A stretch of DNA of 64,000 bases from an uncultured Acidobacteriota bacterium (lineage in GTDB: Bacteria; Acidobacteriota; Vicinamibacteria; Vicinamibacterales; UBA2999): positions 920,079 through 984,078 of the forward strand of contig CAWBMG010000007.1 in NCBI GenBank assembly GCA_963789815.1, in the 5' to 3' direction. A program made the translations under genes and the position numbers. Of this stretch, positions 1 to 9,828 are shown piece by piece; position 1 is the stretch's first letter; the number at the start of each line of letters is the position of its first letter. Under the pieces are notes generated by a model that saw nothing but the letters and a program-made list of their open reading frames with translations, searched no databases and was not told where the DNA came from.

Positions 1-45
1 GCTGAAGTCAGTCGGCACGAGAATGCGTGTGATGTTGCGCGTCAT
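1..45 (-). CDS. universal stress protein (UspA family), first 15 codons only; gene continues past the window start
   Basis: Minus-strand ATG at 45-43 with GGAGGG 5 nt upstream. Translation MTRNITRILVPTDFS matches the conserved Usp N-terminus. Only 45 nt are visible. Confidence 0.45.
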   Translation of the reverse strand, partial: MTRNITRILVPTDFS

Positions 46-510
46 GATCGCCCTCCTATGTTGAGCGGCACTGCGAACGGTCGACGACCATATCAGCATG
101 GCCCGTACCAAGTGCCGAACGCGTTCGAAGGCGGCATCCGCTTGTTCGCATCACCGTCGGCCCATTGCTGCCTTGGGGGATTTGTCGAGACGATGTGGAA
201 GGGTCCCTTGTCACGGGGCGGGTCTTACGTCGGGCGACGTCTCGCATAAGTCGCACGAACCCCAGACTCTCCCAGTGCGGGCACGTTTCGCAGTCTGATT
301 GCGTGATTGGAACGCGACCTTCCGCGCGGACGCACAGCCAGAGTCTTGGAGGTTGCCCTTCCTTGGCGGCCCCAGACCCCGGGTCGCCAATCCGGCTCCA
401 GCCGCAGTTCCACGGGGCCTGGGGAGCGGTGGTGCTGAAGTTAGGCATAAGAACCTCGTCGTACCTCGACGTCGCAATGACGGCGACCTGTGGGCACACC
501 GCCGACGGCG

Positions 511-1404
511 CTAGGCGGTTGTCAGTGCCTGCAGGCTCTCGAACGCCGTTTGGACGCCCGCCTTCTGCGCTTCGACCACGCGCCGCGCCTCCGGTGACAG
601 CCCCCCGTTGAGCGCGACCGCGCACGTCGCCAGCGCCGCGCGCTCGCCGCGTTCCGCCTCCACGAGAATCGCGTGATCATGGTCGGCAGCGAGGTGGTCC
701 TTCACGGCCATCCACGCGCGGTGCAGCGCCGCGATCCTCGATCCGTCTCCTTCGGGCGCGATACCCCCAAGCCACACCGCATGTGGGAGGAGCTCCATCA
801 CGTACTCATGGCGCTTGGACGCGATCTTCCGAAAAAGCTCCTGCAGCTCCGGGGCGCGAGCGTGATCGGCGGCCCACTCGAACCCCCGTGCGGCATCCCT
901 GCAGGTCACAATCAATTCGTGCAAGACGACTCGTTCGTTTGGCTCAGGTATGGCCGTCCTCCCGGGGGAGGACGCCGACAGAGCCTGCAGGCGCTCGTAC
1001 GCCGTGTGCACGCCCGCCTGTTGCGTTTCGATCACGTCACGCGTCCCCGGTGGCAGCATCCCGTTGATCGCATCGTCGTACGTGGCCAGCGCCGCGCGCT
1101 CGCCGCGTTCCGCCTCCACGAGAATTGCGTGGTCGTGGTCGGGAGCGAGGCGATCCTTCACCGCCATCCACGCACGGTGCAGCGTCGCGGCACGCGATCC
1201 GTCTCCCTCAGGGGCACCCCCGAGCCTCTGTGCATGCGGGAGGAGGTCCATCACGTACTGATGGCGATCGGCAGCGATCTTCCGGAAAAGCGCCTGTAGC
1301 TCCGGGTCGCGAGCGTGATCGGCGGCCCACTGGAACCCACGTGCGGCGTCCCGGCACGTCACGATCAGCTCGTTCAAGACGACTCGTTCGTTTCGCTCAG
1401 CCAT
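511..1404 (-). CDS. PA2169/DUF2383-type ferritin-like four-helix-bundle protein, tandem two-domain fusion
   Basis: 297-aa ORF made of two about 150-aa halves that are highly similar (NERVVLxELIVTCRDAARGFxWAADHAR ... AILVEAERGERAALAT occurs twice). The motif pattern is typical of the PA2169 family. Confidence 0.75.
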   Translation of the reverse strand: MAERNERVVLNELIVTCRDAARGFQWAADHARDPELQALFRKIAADRHQYVMDLLPHAQRLGGAPEGDGSRAATLHRAWMAVKDRLAPDHDHAILVEAERGERAALATYDDAINGMLPPGTRDVIETQQAGVHTAYERLQALSASSPGRTAIPEPNERVVLHELIVTCRDAARGFEWAADHARAPELQELFRKIASKRHEYVMELLPHAVWLGGIAPEGDGSRIAALHRAWMAVKDHLAADHDHAILVEAERGERAALATCAVALNGGLSPEARRVVEAQKAGVQTAFESLQALTTA

Positions 1405-1756
1405 CGCGTCCTCCCGTCAACGGACCGTTAGTGCAATGGCGCGGCCATCTCCGGAGAAGTGCCATGAGGACTGCGGCTCAGAGAGGTGGGCAGTACGCGG
1501 TAGGCTGTAAGCAGTGGGCAGAAGGGGGTTTCGAGGGTCGGCTCCGTCCCTTCCGCCTGATACGGCCGGGGTTGCTACGCATGGGGAATTTCTCACGTCA
1601 ATGCGGGATGTTTCGCTGACCCACCGGGCGTCCCTTGACTCCTGATGCCCCACCGATCAAGATGCGGCGACGAACGCGGAAATGAACAGCGAATCCTACT
1701 GGACGACTTCGGCAAAGTGTTTGAAGTCTTTCCCTCGACGAATCCTGGAGGCCCCG

Positions 1757-2095
1757 ATGCTTCGCACGCAGTGCTTCACGGTCGGTCTTGTTCTCCTCGC
1801 GGCGGTCGCCGGAGCGCAAACGCCCGCCGCGATCGAACAAGGTCAGAAGGTCTACGCCGCCCAGAAGTGCAACGTTTGCCATGCTGTCGCGGGCGTGGGG
1901 AACAAGCGGGGCGCATTGGACGGCGTGGGTTCGAAGCTATTGGCCGACGAGGTCCGGCAGTGGATCGTGAACGCACCGGAGATGACCGCCAAAACGAAGG
2001 CCGAGCGCAAGCCAGTCATGAAAGGGTACCCAAGTCTGGCCAAGGACGACCTCGACGCGCTCGTCACCTACCTACTAAGCCTGAAGAAACCGTAA
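1757..2095 (+). CDS. class I monohaem cytochrome c, exported
   Basis: ATG at 1757 with GGAGG 6 nt upstream. Signal peptide MLRTQCFTVGLVLLAAVAGAQT, single CNVCH haem motif, about 112 aa. Confidence 0.8.
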   Translation: MLRTQCFTVGLVLLAAVAGAQTPAAIEQGQKVYAAQKCNVCHAVAGVGNKRGALDGVGSKLLADEVRQWIVNAPEMTAKTKAERKPVMKGYPSLAKDDLDALVTYLLSLKKP

Positions 2096-2110
2096 CGATG
2101 GGTCGCTGAC

Positions 2111-3451
2111 GTGCGCACGCCGATCCACGTTCCGACCGCCGTTCGGAATCCCGTTTCTCTACTGGGCATGGCCATCGCTACAGCGATGGCGGTGGTGTTT
2201 CTTGTTTTTGTGCTTCTGGATGTCCTCGGCTATGTCGGGAATCCCTATCTTGGCCTGCTCGTCTTCGTCACCATCCCGGCCATTTTCTTGGTCGGCTTGC
2301 TCCTGATCCCGTTCGGGGCGTGGTGGCGCTCCCGGCGAGGTCAGCAGGGTCCGGATATGGCCGAGTGGCCTGTGATCGATCTCCGGAGCCCCCGTCAGCG
2401 GACGGTGCTCGTGAGCGCGTTTGTTCTCACGTTAGTCAACGTCGTCATCGTGTCGATGGCGGCCTACGGCGGCGTGCACTACATGGAATCCTCGGAGTTC
2501 TGCGGGCAGGTCTGCCACACGACGATGGAGCCCGAGTTTGTGGCACGTCAGGTGTGGCCGCACGCCAAGGTCGAGTGCGTCGGATGTCATGTCGGACCTG
2601 GCGTCGGTTCCTTCGTGGAGTCAAAGCTCACCGGTACGCGGCAGCTGTATCACGTGATGACCGACCAAGTTCCCCAGCCGGTCCCGACGCCGGTGCGGTC
2701 ACTCGGGGACACGCGTTCCACGTGCGAACAGTGTCACTGGCGTGGCGCCTTCGAAGGCGAGGTGCGTCGCCTCATCCGCGAATACGCAAACGATGAGACC
2801 AATAGCGAGACTCTGACGACGCTGCGGCTAACAGTTGGCACTGCGACTGGGCGAGGTATCCACAGGCACCTGGGCCTGGACATCGAGTACGTCACCGCTG
2901 ACGAGAAACGGGAGACGATCCCGTACGTTCGCGTTCGCGAAGAGGGAGGCGTCGCCCGCGAGTTCGTGGCCGAGGGCGCGACCAAGGAGCAGATCGCCTC
3001 AGGCGTACGACGTCGGATGGATTGCACCGACTGTCACAACCGCCCGGCACACACGTTCTCTTACACGCCCGAACGAGCGGTCGATACGGCGATCGCGCAG
3101 GGCCGTATTTCGCGCGCATTGCCGTTCGTCCGACGAGAAATGGTGGCGGCGGTGACCGGCGATTATCGCGATCGCGGCACCGCTCTCGAGGCGATTGCGA
3201 AGCGTCTCAACGAGTTCTATGCAGCGCAGGATGGGGCAGATGCGCGCTCAGTGGAGCGTGCAGTCCGGGCGACGCAGGATGTTTGGACTCGCAACGTGTT
3301 TCCCGCTATGAACGTGAAATGGGGAACCTACCCAAATCACAAAGGCCACGTGGACACGCCGGGCTGCTTCCGATGTCACGACGATGGTCATAAAGCGACC
3401 GACGGCAAGGTGATTTCGCAGGATTGCGAACTCTGCCACACGATTGAGTGA
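2111..3451 (+). CDS. membrane-anchored multihaem cytochrome c, NapC/NirT-like N-terminal part (6 haem sites)
   Basis: GTG start 16 nt after the cytochrome c stop. N-terminal TM helices. Haem motifs are CGQVCH (CX3CH) followed by CVGCH, CEQCH, CTDCH, CFRCH and CELCH. The FCxxxCHxxMxPE context resembles NapC/NirT quinol dehydrogenases. The exact start is uncertain. Confidence 0.8.
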   Translation: MRTPIHVPTAVRNPVSLLGMAIATAMAVVFLVFVLLDVLGYVGNPYLGLLVFVTIPAIFLVGLLLIPFGAWWRSRRGQQGPDMAEWPVIDLRSPRQRTVLVSAFVLTLVNVVIVSMAAYGGVHYMESSEFCGQVCHTTMEPEFVARQVWPHAKVECVGCHVGPGVGSFVESKLTGTRQLYHVMTDQVPQPVPTPVRSLGDTRSTCEQCHWRGAFEGEVRRLIREYANDETNSETLTTLRLTVGTATGRGIHRHLGLDIEYVTADEKRETIPYVRVREEGGVAREFVAEGATKEQIASGVRRRMDCTDCHNRPAHTFSYTPERAVDTAIAQGRISRALPFVRREMVAAVTGDYRDRGTALEAIAKRLNEFYAAQDGADARSVERAVRATQDVWTRNVFPAMNVKWGTYPNHKGHVDTPGCFRCHDDGHKATDGKVISQDCELCHTIE

Positions 3452-3605
3452 AGGGGGCCGAGTGAAGTAGGGGCCAATTTGCCTGGCGGAAAGCTGCTAA
3501 CGCACTCCAGCCGGTAGATTGAGTGGCCTGTGACGACGCGCCACCTGCCAAGGATGAACGTGGAATCGCTCGCCACAAGGGGCGATTCGCGTTTCCCAAC
3601 TGGCA

Positions 3606-4808
3606 TCACGAGGTCTGGATAACGGAGTAGAGTGCGTCTCTGAGCGCCACGTCTCTCGGGTCCCCGGTCAGTCGCGTCCCCATTTGGCTCGTCACATAGG
3701 CGTATCCGATGCCCGCCGTCGGATCCGCAAAGCCAAGAGAGCCCCCTGCGCCAGGTGCCCCGAACGAGCTCGGGCCGCCGAACGACCAGCCGGGGCTCGA
3801 CTTCATGAAGCCCAGGGAGAACTGCACCTCGCCTTTCAGGCATTCGTCGTGAAACCCGCGGGTGGGGGGAATTGCCGGGGCAGCCAACAAGCGCAGTGTC
3901 TCGGGAAGCAACCCAAGCTCCTGTCCTCCCGTCGCGAACACGCTGTACGGGTGTGCGATTGCTCGCGCCGCGCCGACCGCACCCCCAGATGGCACTTCGA
4001 GGTCTCGCGCGTACACGCGGTGCTCGTCGTGGGGCAAGGCGGGGCCCGGGTTCGTCATGAGTGCACGGTAGATGTTTGAACGACGATTCATCGAGTCGAG
4101 CGTCAATCGAAGTGGGAAGCCCATCAGCATGTCAAGCGGCTTGGGCTGCGCAAGTGTTGCCAAACGTGAGTTCGGGATCGACTCAGGTAGGCGGATGTAC
4201 ACGTCCAGCCCGAGAGGTGAGGCGATCTCGTCCTGAAAGAACTGTCCGAGACTGCGATGCCGTGGGTCCACACGGCGGAACAGCTCGCCTTCGTAGAACC
4301 CGAGGCTGATGGCGTGGTAGGCCTGCCGCGTTCCGGGTTCCCAGGCAGGTTTCTGCCGGGCCAGCACGATCGCCAAGCGATCGAGGTCGGCGACTACGCT
4401 CCGATCCACGGGCTCGTCGAAGGCGAACAGTCCCGCCTGGTGCGCGAGGAGTTGGCGCACGGTGATCTTCTCTTTGCCCTGCTGCGCGAACTCGGGCCAG
4501 TACGTGGCGACTGGCTCTTCGTAATCGAGCCAGCCTCGTGAGTGGGCGAGGGCGAGGGTCATGGCAGCCAAACCCTTTGTGGCCGAGTAGACGAGAACCA
4601 TGGTGTCCTGCTCCCACAACTCGCCGGTCAGCTTGTTCCGCACACCGCCCCACAGGTCGACCACTTTCTCGCCGTGGTGATAGACGCAGCAGGCGCCGCC
4701 CAGTTCACGCCTCCAAGCGAAGTTCTCGACGAACGCCTCGCGCACCGCCTCAAAGCCACGGCTGACGTGCCCCTGGACTTCCGGGAATCCTGAGGGCCGA
4801 TCGCTCAT
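3606..4808 (-). CDS. serine hydrolase, beta-lactamase/esterase (class C-like) family
   Basis: SxxK motif (YSATKG) and GFEAVREAF..NF N-terminal pattern typical of EstB/beta-lactamase family. Start placed at the internal ATG (MSDRPSGF); the longest ORF reaches 4874. Confidence 0.8.
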   Translation of the reverse strand: MSDRPSGFPEVQGHVSRGFEAVREAFVENFAWRRELGGACCVYHHGEKVVDLWGGVRNKLTGELWEQDTMVLVYSATKGLAAMTLALAHSRGWLDYEEPVATYWPEFAQQGKEKITVRQLLAHQAGLFAFDEPVDRSVVADLDRLAIVLARQKPAWEPGTRQAYHAISLGFYEGELFRRVDPRHRSLGQFFQDEIASPLGLDVYIRLPESIPNSRLATLAQPKPLDMLMGFPLRLTLDSMNRRSNIYRALMTNPGPALPHDEHRVYARDLEVPSGGAVGAARAIAHPYSVFATGGQELGLLPETLRLLAAPAIPPTRGFHDECLKGEVQFSLGFMKSSPGWSFGGPSSFGAPGAGGSLGFADPTAGIGYAYVTSQMGTRLTGDPRDVALRDALYSVIQTS

Positions 4809-5193
4809 CGTCTGGGAGCCGGTTCGGGAATGATCCTGTCGCCCGGAAGCGGTCGGCGCTTTCGCGAGTTCCATGTTGCATGCGGGTGCATTAGCTGTGC
4901 CCGGCGCATGACCGATGGCCAGACGGCAGACTACCCGAGAATCGAGCCGAGGCTCTCTGAGTTTCGCGCCAAGTTTTTTTGGTGTTTTGTGCGGAATCGT
5001 TCACGGTCGTGGGAAAAAGGCCGCAGCGATTCGAATCCTCGACGAGTGCGAAGGCCGTTAGAGCCCCATTTCGTCCTGCTCGCTCACCTCAGCGCATGGC
5101 CGCGCCCTTGCAAACTCGTGCGTCGAATTCTGCGGTGCACAGCTCGCACGGGCGAGATCGGAGACGGCGTCTGATTCGAGAGGACGGTTTCGC

Positions 5194-5667
5194 ATGATGG
5201 AAGCACTGGCGGCGCTCGAAGGCAGTGCCTTCTCTACGTGGTTACGAGAGTCATCCACGGTGTGGGCGTATCCCGCCGTCCTCACGCTTCACACCGTCGG
5301 TTTAGCGGTCTTGGTTGGCGCCAGCTGGGCACTCGACTTGCGATTGCTCGGATTCGCCAAGGGCATCCCGCTGGCGGCCTTGACGAAGGCGTTCCCCATC
5401 ATGTGGATCGGTTTCTGGGTCAACGCCGTCTCGGGAGTCATGCTGTTTGCTGCGGATGCGACCACGAAGGGCACCACGACGATCTTCATGTGGAAGCTGG
5501 CGCTTATCGTTTTTGCCGTCATCAACATCTTTTTGATCAAACGGACCGTGTACGGACGCGGCGTTGAAGCCGCCACTGCTGGAACTGCGGCGAAACTGTT
5601 AGCCGTGACGTCGATGGTCCTCTGGATTGCGGCTATTGCAACTGGCCGTTTCATGGCGTACGTCTAG
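5194..5667 (+). CDS. uncharacterised 4-TM membrane protein (paralog 1)
   Basis: 157-aa ORF with four hydrophobic helices. Shares the motif LHxVGLAxLxGAxxxxDLRLxGF with the next gene. Confidence 0.6.
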   Translation: MMEALAALEGSAFSTWLRESSTVWAYPAVLTLHTVGLAVLVGASWALDLRLLGFAKGIPLAALTKAFPIMWIGFWVNAVSGVMLFAADATTKGTTTIFMWKLALIVFAVINIFLIKRTVYGRGVEAATAGTAAKLLAVTSMVLWIAAIATGRFMAYV

Positions 5668-5678
5668 GGAGATCAGCG

Positions 5679-6170
5679 ATGAGCGAAGCGGTTGTCATGT
5701 GGCTCAAGAGCACCGCGGTGTCCCATGCCATGGTCCAACAGCCGTGGCTCTGGCCGATCTGCGAGACGCTGCACTTCGTCGGCCTGGCGTTGCTCATCGG
5801 GGCTGCCGGCGTTTTCGATCTCCGGCTGATGGGATTCTTGAAGCGCATTCCGGTCGCTGCCGCGATGGAGATGCGGGTCTGGGCCGCGGTCGGCATCGTG
5901 ATCAACCTGATTACCGGCCTCCTCTTCTTCGTCGGCGCGCCGGATCAGTACATCAACAACCCGGCGTGGTGGGGGAAAGTGTTTTTCTTGCTCGTCGCGA
6001 TGCTCAACATCGCCTTCTTCGAGACGACGCAGGGTTCGAGGATGTTGACGATGGCGGCCGAAGAGGACACCCCGTTCAGTTTTAAGGTTGCCGGAGCAGT
6101 CTCGATTGCGTCGTGGTTTGCCGTGCTTTACTTCGGCCGGATGTTGCCGTTCATCGGCAACGCGTTCTAG
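5679..6170 (+). CDS. uncharacterised 4-TM membrane protein (paralog 2)
   Basis: 163-aa ORF 11 nt downstream of its paralog, with the same helix layout and shared N-terminal motif. Confidence 0.6.
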   Translation: MSEAVVMWLKSTAVSHAMVQQPWLWPICETLHFVGLALLIGAAGVFDLRLMGFLKRIPVAAAMEMRVWAAVGIVINLITGLLFFVGAPDQYINNPAWWGKVFFLLVAMLNIAFFETTQGSRMLTMAAEEDTPFSFKVAGAVSIASWFAVLYFGRMLPFIGNAF

Positions 6171-6345
6171 GCAACCGCCTGGCTAAGGTCCGTGCGGAGT
6201 CTTCCCCTCAAGTGCGGAAAAATTCTCGACAGGGCCGGGGAAGCCGCGGCCGCGCGTGTAGTTTCGGCCACAAATCAAGCCGATCGTCGGCAGCTTCTCT
6301 TGGCAGAGACCTTGCGTTGTGCATGTTTCAGAAAGGGAGCTGACG

Positions 6346-6780
6346 ATGTCTAATCTTGGCGTAGAACGCGTCGAAATCCCGCACGAGGTCGGAGGGGACC
6401 ACGGGACCTTCGTACCTGGATACCGAACGATGGAGGGTTTCACTCTCCAATCCGGTGGCCCGGAAGGCGTTGCGATCGACTCGCTCGAAGCGGGTGCAAC
6501 CCTCCTCGTGCAGACCACCAACTCGTTTTATCGATTTGTCGTTCTTGACGGTCCGCAACATCTTGTGCTCGTCAAGGGTGGCGCGATGTTTCCCGAGGAC
6601 ACGCCTGTGCGACTTGCAGGTGCGACCGCCGGCGGCAGCGCGTTGAAGTTGGGCTGGATCGTCGTCGGTCTTCGGATCGAAATGTCGCTCGGTCATCGCC
6701 GGATCATGTCTTCGCGCGTCCGGTCCATTGCGATCGAGAGCGTCCCGCCAGTGCACCGCAGCCACCAGTTCGCGGCCTGA
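6346..6780 (+). CDS. hypothetical protein
   Basis: ATG at 6346 preceded by AGGGAG. 144 aa, GC3-rich codons, no family recognised. Confidence 0.5.
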   Translation: MSNLGVERVEIPHEVGGDHGTFVPGYRTMEGFTLQSGGPEGVAIDSLEAGATLLVQTTNSFYRFVVLDGPQHLVLVKGGAMFPEDTPVRLAGATAGGSALKLGWIVVGLRIEMSLGHRRIMSSRVRSIAIESVPPVHRSHQFAA

Positions 6781-6868
6781 CGGAAAATCTCCCGTCAACG
6801 GGCCGCGCACGTCCTATTTCGGGCCCCGACCCCCGCCGCCGCGACGAACCAAGGCCCGGCAACGTACT

Positions 6869-7645
6869 CTATTCGGCCGCGCGCTCCTGTATTGACTGGA
6901 GGAAGGCGACGAGTGACTCAATGCGCGCTGCAACCGTGTTGTCATCGGCCCCCGGCTGCCGGCTGAACACATTGCCCCACACGGGCATGCTGCGATCGCC
7001 GTGCGCCATCACGTCACGACCGTCGATGATGCGGCGCACCTTCTCGGCCGGGAAAACCCCGCCATTGCGCGCGGTGAACTTCGTGAGGTCGGGTGGCATG
7101 CGTCGCAGCTGACCGCTCATGGCGCCATCGCCTCGGCCGGCCGCGCCGTGGCAGTTTGCGCAAAAGCTGCCGAACAGCTGGGCACCGCTCGGTGGCGCGG
7201 GTGAAGATGGCTTCGCCCCAGTCTCTCCAACCGCCTGTAGAGATTCCACGTAGGCGACCAAATTGTTGAGCCGAACAAGCGCCCGCACGTCCGAGGTTTC
7301 GAGCGCGCGGAAAATCCGTCCCCAGACCGGCATGTCGCTCGTGCCATGACTTGCCAGCGGCCTGCCGTAGCCTTCGACAAATCCGGCAACATTCTTCCTT
7401 GGAAAGACCCCGTCATTACGCTGCGTAAGCGTCGTGAGATCCGCCGGGCGGGTGCGAAGTGACGAGGCGATGGGGCCATCTCCCCGGCCGCTCGCCCCAT
7501 GGCACGACGCGCAGTACAGGTTGAACGAGTCACGGCCGACCAACGACTCGGGAACGAGCGGACGTATCTGCGACCGCCCCGATTGGGCAACGGCCGTTGC
7601 CATCACGCTGATTGAAAAGAGAGCCGCGACGAGTGACCGAGCCAT
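6869..7645 (-). CDS. dihaem class I cytochrome c, exported
   Basis: Signal peptide MARSLVAALFSISVMATAVAQ and two cytochrome c domains (CASCHG, CANCHG). Starts 8 nt after the stop of the porin gene. Confidence 0.8.
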   Translation of the reverse strand: MARSLVAALFSISVMATAVAQSGRSQIRPLVPESLVGRDSFNLYCASCHGASGRGDGPIASSLRTRPADLTTLTQRNDGVFPRKNVAGFVEGYGRPLASHGTSDMPVWGRIFRALETSDVRALVRLNNLVAYVESLQAVGETGAKPSSPAPPSGAQLFGSFCANCHGAAGRGDGAMSGQLRRMPPDLTKFTARNGGVFPAEKVRRIIDGRDVMAHGDRSMPVWGNVFSRQPGADDNTVAARIESLVAFLQSIQERAAE

Positions 7646-7653
7646 GACACGCC

Positions 7654-9828
7654 TCACCAAGAGTAGATCAGCCGCAACAAACCCGTGTGGGCAACATACG
7701 GGCGCCACTGATTCATGAGATTCACAAATGCCGGGATCAACGGGCTGTTCAAGGTGCCCGGCGAGAACGCAAAGTCCTCGACATTGTACTTCTCGAACCA
7801 GTAACCGAGGCCGAGCGCGAGCTGCCGCGTCAGCGTGTAGCGGACCTCGACCGTCGCGCGCTGTATCTCGTTACGCACAGCCGGGAGCTGCTGAGGGGTC
7901 ACCAGCGTCGTATCCGGCCTAAGGGTGTAGACGTACCGCGCACGGGACCCGACGAAGTCATAGCCCAGGCTCACAACCGTCCGGCTTACCACCTCGGTTA
8001 GGTCCAGGTTTGCGGTGAACGTATGGACGTTCTCGTCCATGTCGGTCCACCAGTCCCGCGTCGGGTCATTGAACTGGGCGCCGGGATTGGCCTGCCGAGA
8101 TTGCTGCCGGGTGCTGTAGTTCTCGAAACCGTAACTCACCGCCGCCCCAACGCGATCGTTGGGCGTGAAGTCCACTCCAAACGTGAACGCGAGCAAGTCG
8201 TTGTCCTGCAGACCAAACGCGGCATCCGGACGACTCTCCTGCCCAATGGCAACGGATGCATTGAACCCGAGCGTCTCGATTGGAACGATCTGGAAAATGC
8301 CCGTCACACGATCGCGTGTTCGGTCGGAGATGTCGAATTGTCGTAGCGAGATCTGCTCCCCGATGTCGCTCAACACTTGTTCGTCGAGGCCTTCTCCAGT
8401 ACGCACGGAATGGTCGTACTGCAAGCGGGCCGAGGCCCACGCCATCCCGGTGCTGTCGACCGAGGCGCGGAACGTCCTGTCTGTCGTCTCCTCGAACAGC
8501 CGGAATGTCCGATCGTCGTTCTCCTGACCGTAGCCGAATCGAAACGCCGCGAATCGAAATGGTGTGAACGACGCGTCGAGGTCGACAAAGTGCCGCGTGT
8601 AATCAAACGGTTCGCTCCCACCAGTCGCAGACGTCGCCACATTGCCATCGAGCCGCACATACTGGTCCACGGCGAAATGCGGTGTTCGGTTGTCGTAGTC
8701 ATGGAGCCGGTACTGGCCGCTGAGCCAAATCGTCGGGGTCGGACGAGACGTCACGCGGTAGTTCATTGAGGTGATTCGCGCCTCGGCCTCCGCCGTCTGG
8801 CGCGGGAGCGGAATAGGCGCGATGGCGGTGTTGATGGTGTGGGGAAGGAGCTGCGCATCCTGCAGCCAGCTTCCTACCGAGACGTACGCGAAGGCCCGGC
8901 TGCGAGCCGGTAGCGCGACGGATCCTGACGCGCTGACCGTGTGCGCGGTGCTGTTTGGCCATAAGGCCATGCGTCCCTGAGAGGAGCCGTCGCCGGTCGA
9001 ATAGGCATTGGCGTGTGTCTGGTCGGTTGCCCGCAACGGGTTGTCCCATACAAGGGTGCCTACGTCGTTGTTGAACCAGGAGCCGTCGTAGGCCAACCGA
9101 ACCATGCCACGACGGTTTGACCATTCGGCGGCCGTGTTGAGGTCGTTCGTCCGGTTCTGCAGCGTCACGGGCACCTCGTTCGCATTGCTGAACCCGAACG
9201 ACGCCCCCCACGGCTGCTGGCCCGTTCGGCCGGTGCTCGTGAGGGAGAAGCGCAGATCGAGGTGCGGCTTCACGTTGTAGGTGACACGCATGTCGGCGAT
9301 GTCACGACGCGAGCGCGTGTCAAACCTCGTGATCTCAGACGAATAGCCGGCCAACGTTGCGGTCCTATCCTGGACCGCTGCCTGGATCGAGTCGTCCAGC
9401 CGAAACACGCCGTCTGCTGCCTTACGAAATGGGCTGCTCGTGATGTCTCCGTAGAAAAGCGGAATCTGATTCCACTCGAACGAGGCTTTCACCTTTCCAA
9501 ACCTTTCATACTCTCCGAGGTAGCGTTGGTCGAGGTAGCCGACGTGATCGAACTCGGCATTGAAGCGCCAGCTATCTTGGTCGCGCGTGTACCGCAGCCG
9601 GTCAGTGGTCGGGCCTGAGCGCAGGTCACGGTAACGCTGGAAACGTCCCGGGTCGCCAGCAATCGAGGACAGGCGAACGCCGAATTCGATTTCGCCAATC
9701 TGTGGCGCCTCAACTCCTGAGACCGACGGAGATTTGGGCGTTGAAGCCTGAGCGCTCGTCTGCGCCAGGGTCACGTTGGGGGCCACGACGAGCGCGGAGG
9801 CAAGCAGGAGCAGCGGTGCGATTCGCAG
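7654..9828 (-). CDS. mtrB: MtrB/PioB-family decahaem-associated outer-membrane beta-barrel
   Basis: Protein of about 710-724 aa directly downstream of the decahaem gene. Alternating beta-strand-like sequence rich in Y/F/W/G/D/N/R, with the C-terminal aromatic end RLIYSW typical of OMPs. The first canonical start (GTG 9786) lacks a signal peptide. The in-frame upstream extension encodes RIAPLLLLASALVVA, so I extend to a CTG at 9828 (see finding). Confidence 0.7.
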   Translation of the reverse strand: MRIAPLLLLASALVVAPNVTLAQTSAQASTPKSPSVSGVEAPQIGEIEFGVRLSSIAGDPGRFQRYRDLRSGPTTDRLRYTRDQDSWRFNAEFDHVGYLDQRYLGEYERFGKVKASFEWNQIPLFYGDITSSPFRKAADGVFRLDDSIQAAVQDRTATLAGYSSEITRFDTRSRRDIADMRVTYNVKPHLDLRFSLTSTGRTGQQPWGASFGFSNANEVPVTLQNRTNDLNTAAEWSNRRGMVRLAYDGSWFNNDVGTLVWDNPLRATDQTHANAYSTGDGSSQGRMALWPNSTAHTVSASGSVALPARSRAFAYVSVGSWLQDAQLLPHTINTAIAPIPLPRQTAEAEARITSMNYRVTSRPTPTIWLSGQYRLHDYDNRTPHFAVDQYVRLDGNVATSATGGSEPFDYTRHFVDLDASFTPFRFAAFRFGYGQENDDRTFRLFEETTDRTFRASVDSTGMAWASARLQYDHSVRTGEGLDEQVLSDIGEQISLRQFDISDRTRDRVTGIFQIVPIETLGFNASVAIGQESRPDAAFGLQDNDLLAFTFGVDFTPNDRVGAAVSYGFENYSTRQQSRQANPGAQFNDPTRDWWTDMDENVHTFTANLDLTEVVSRTVVSLGYDFVGSRARYVYTLRPDTTLVTPQQLPAVRNEIQRATVEVRYTLTRQLALGLGYWFEKYNVEDFAFSPGTLNSPLIPAFVNLMNQWRPYVAHTGLLRLIYSW

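Noticed and set aside
5020-5045. tRNA-like GATTCGAATCC (T-loop look-alike)
   Set aside because: The flanking bases do not form a T-stem, and no acceptor, D or anticodon arms can be drawn.
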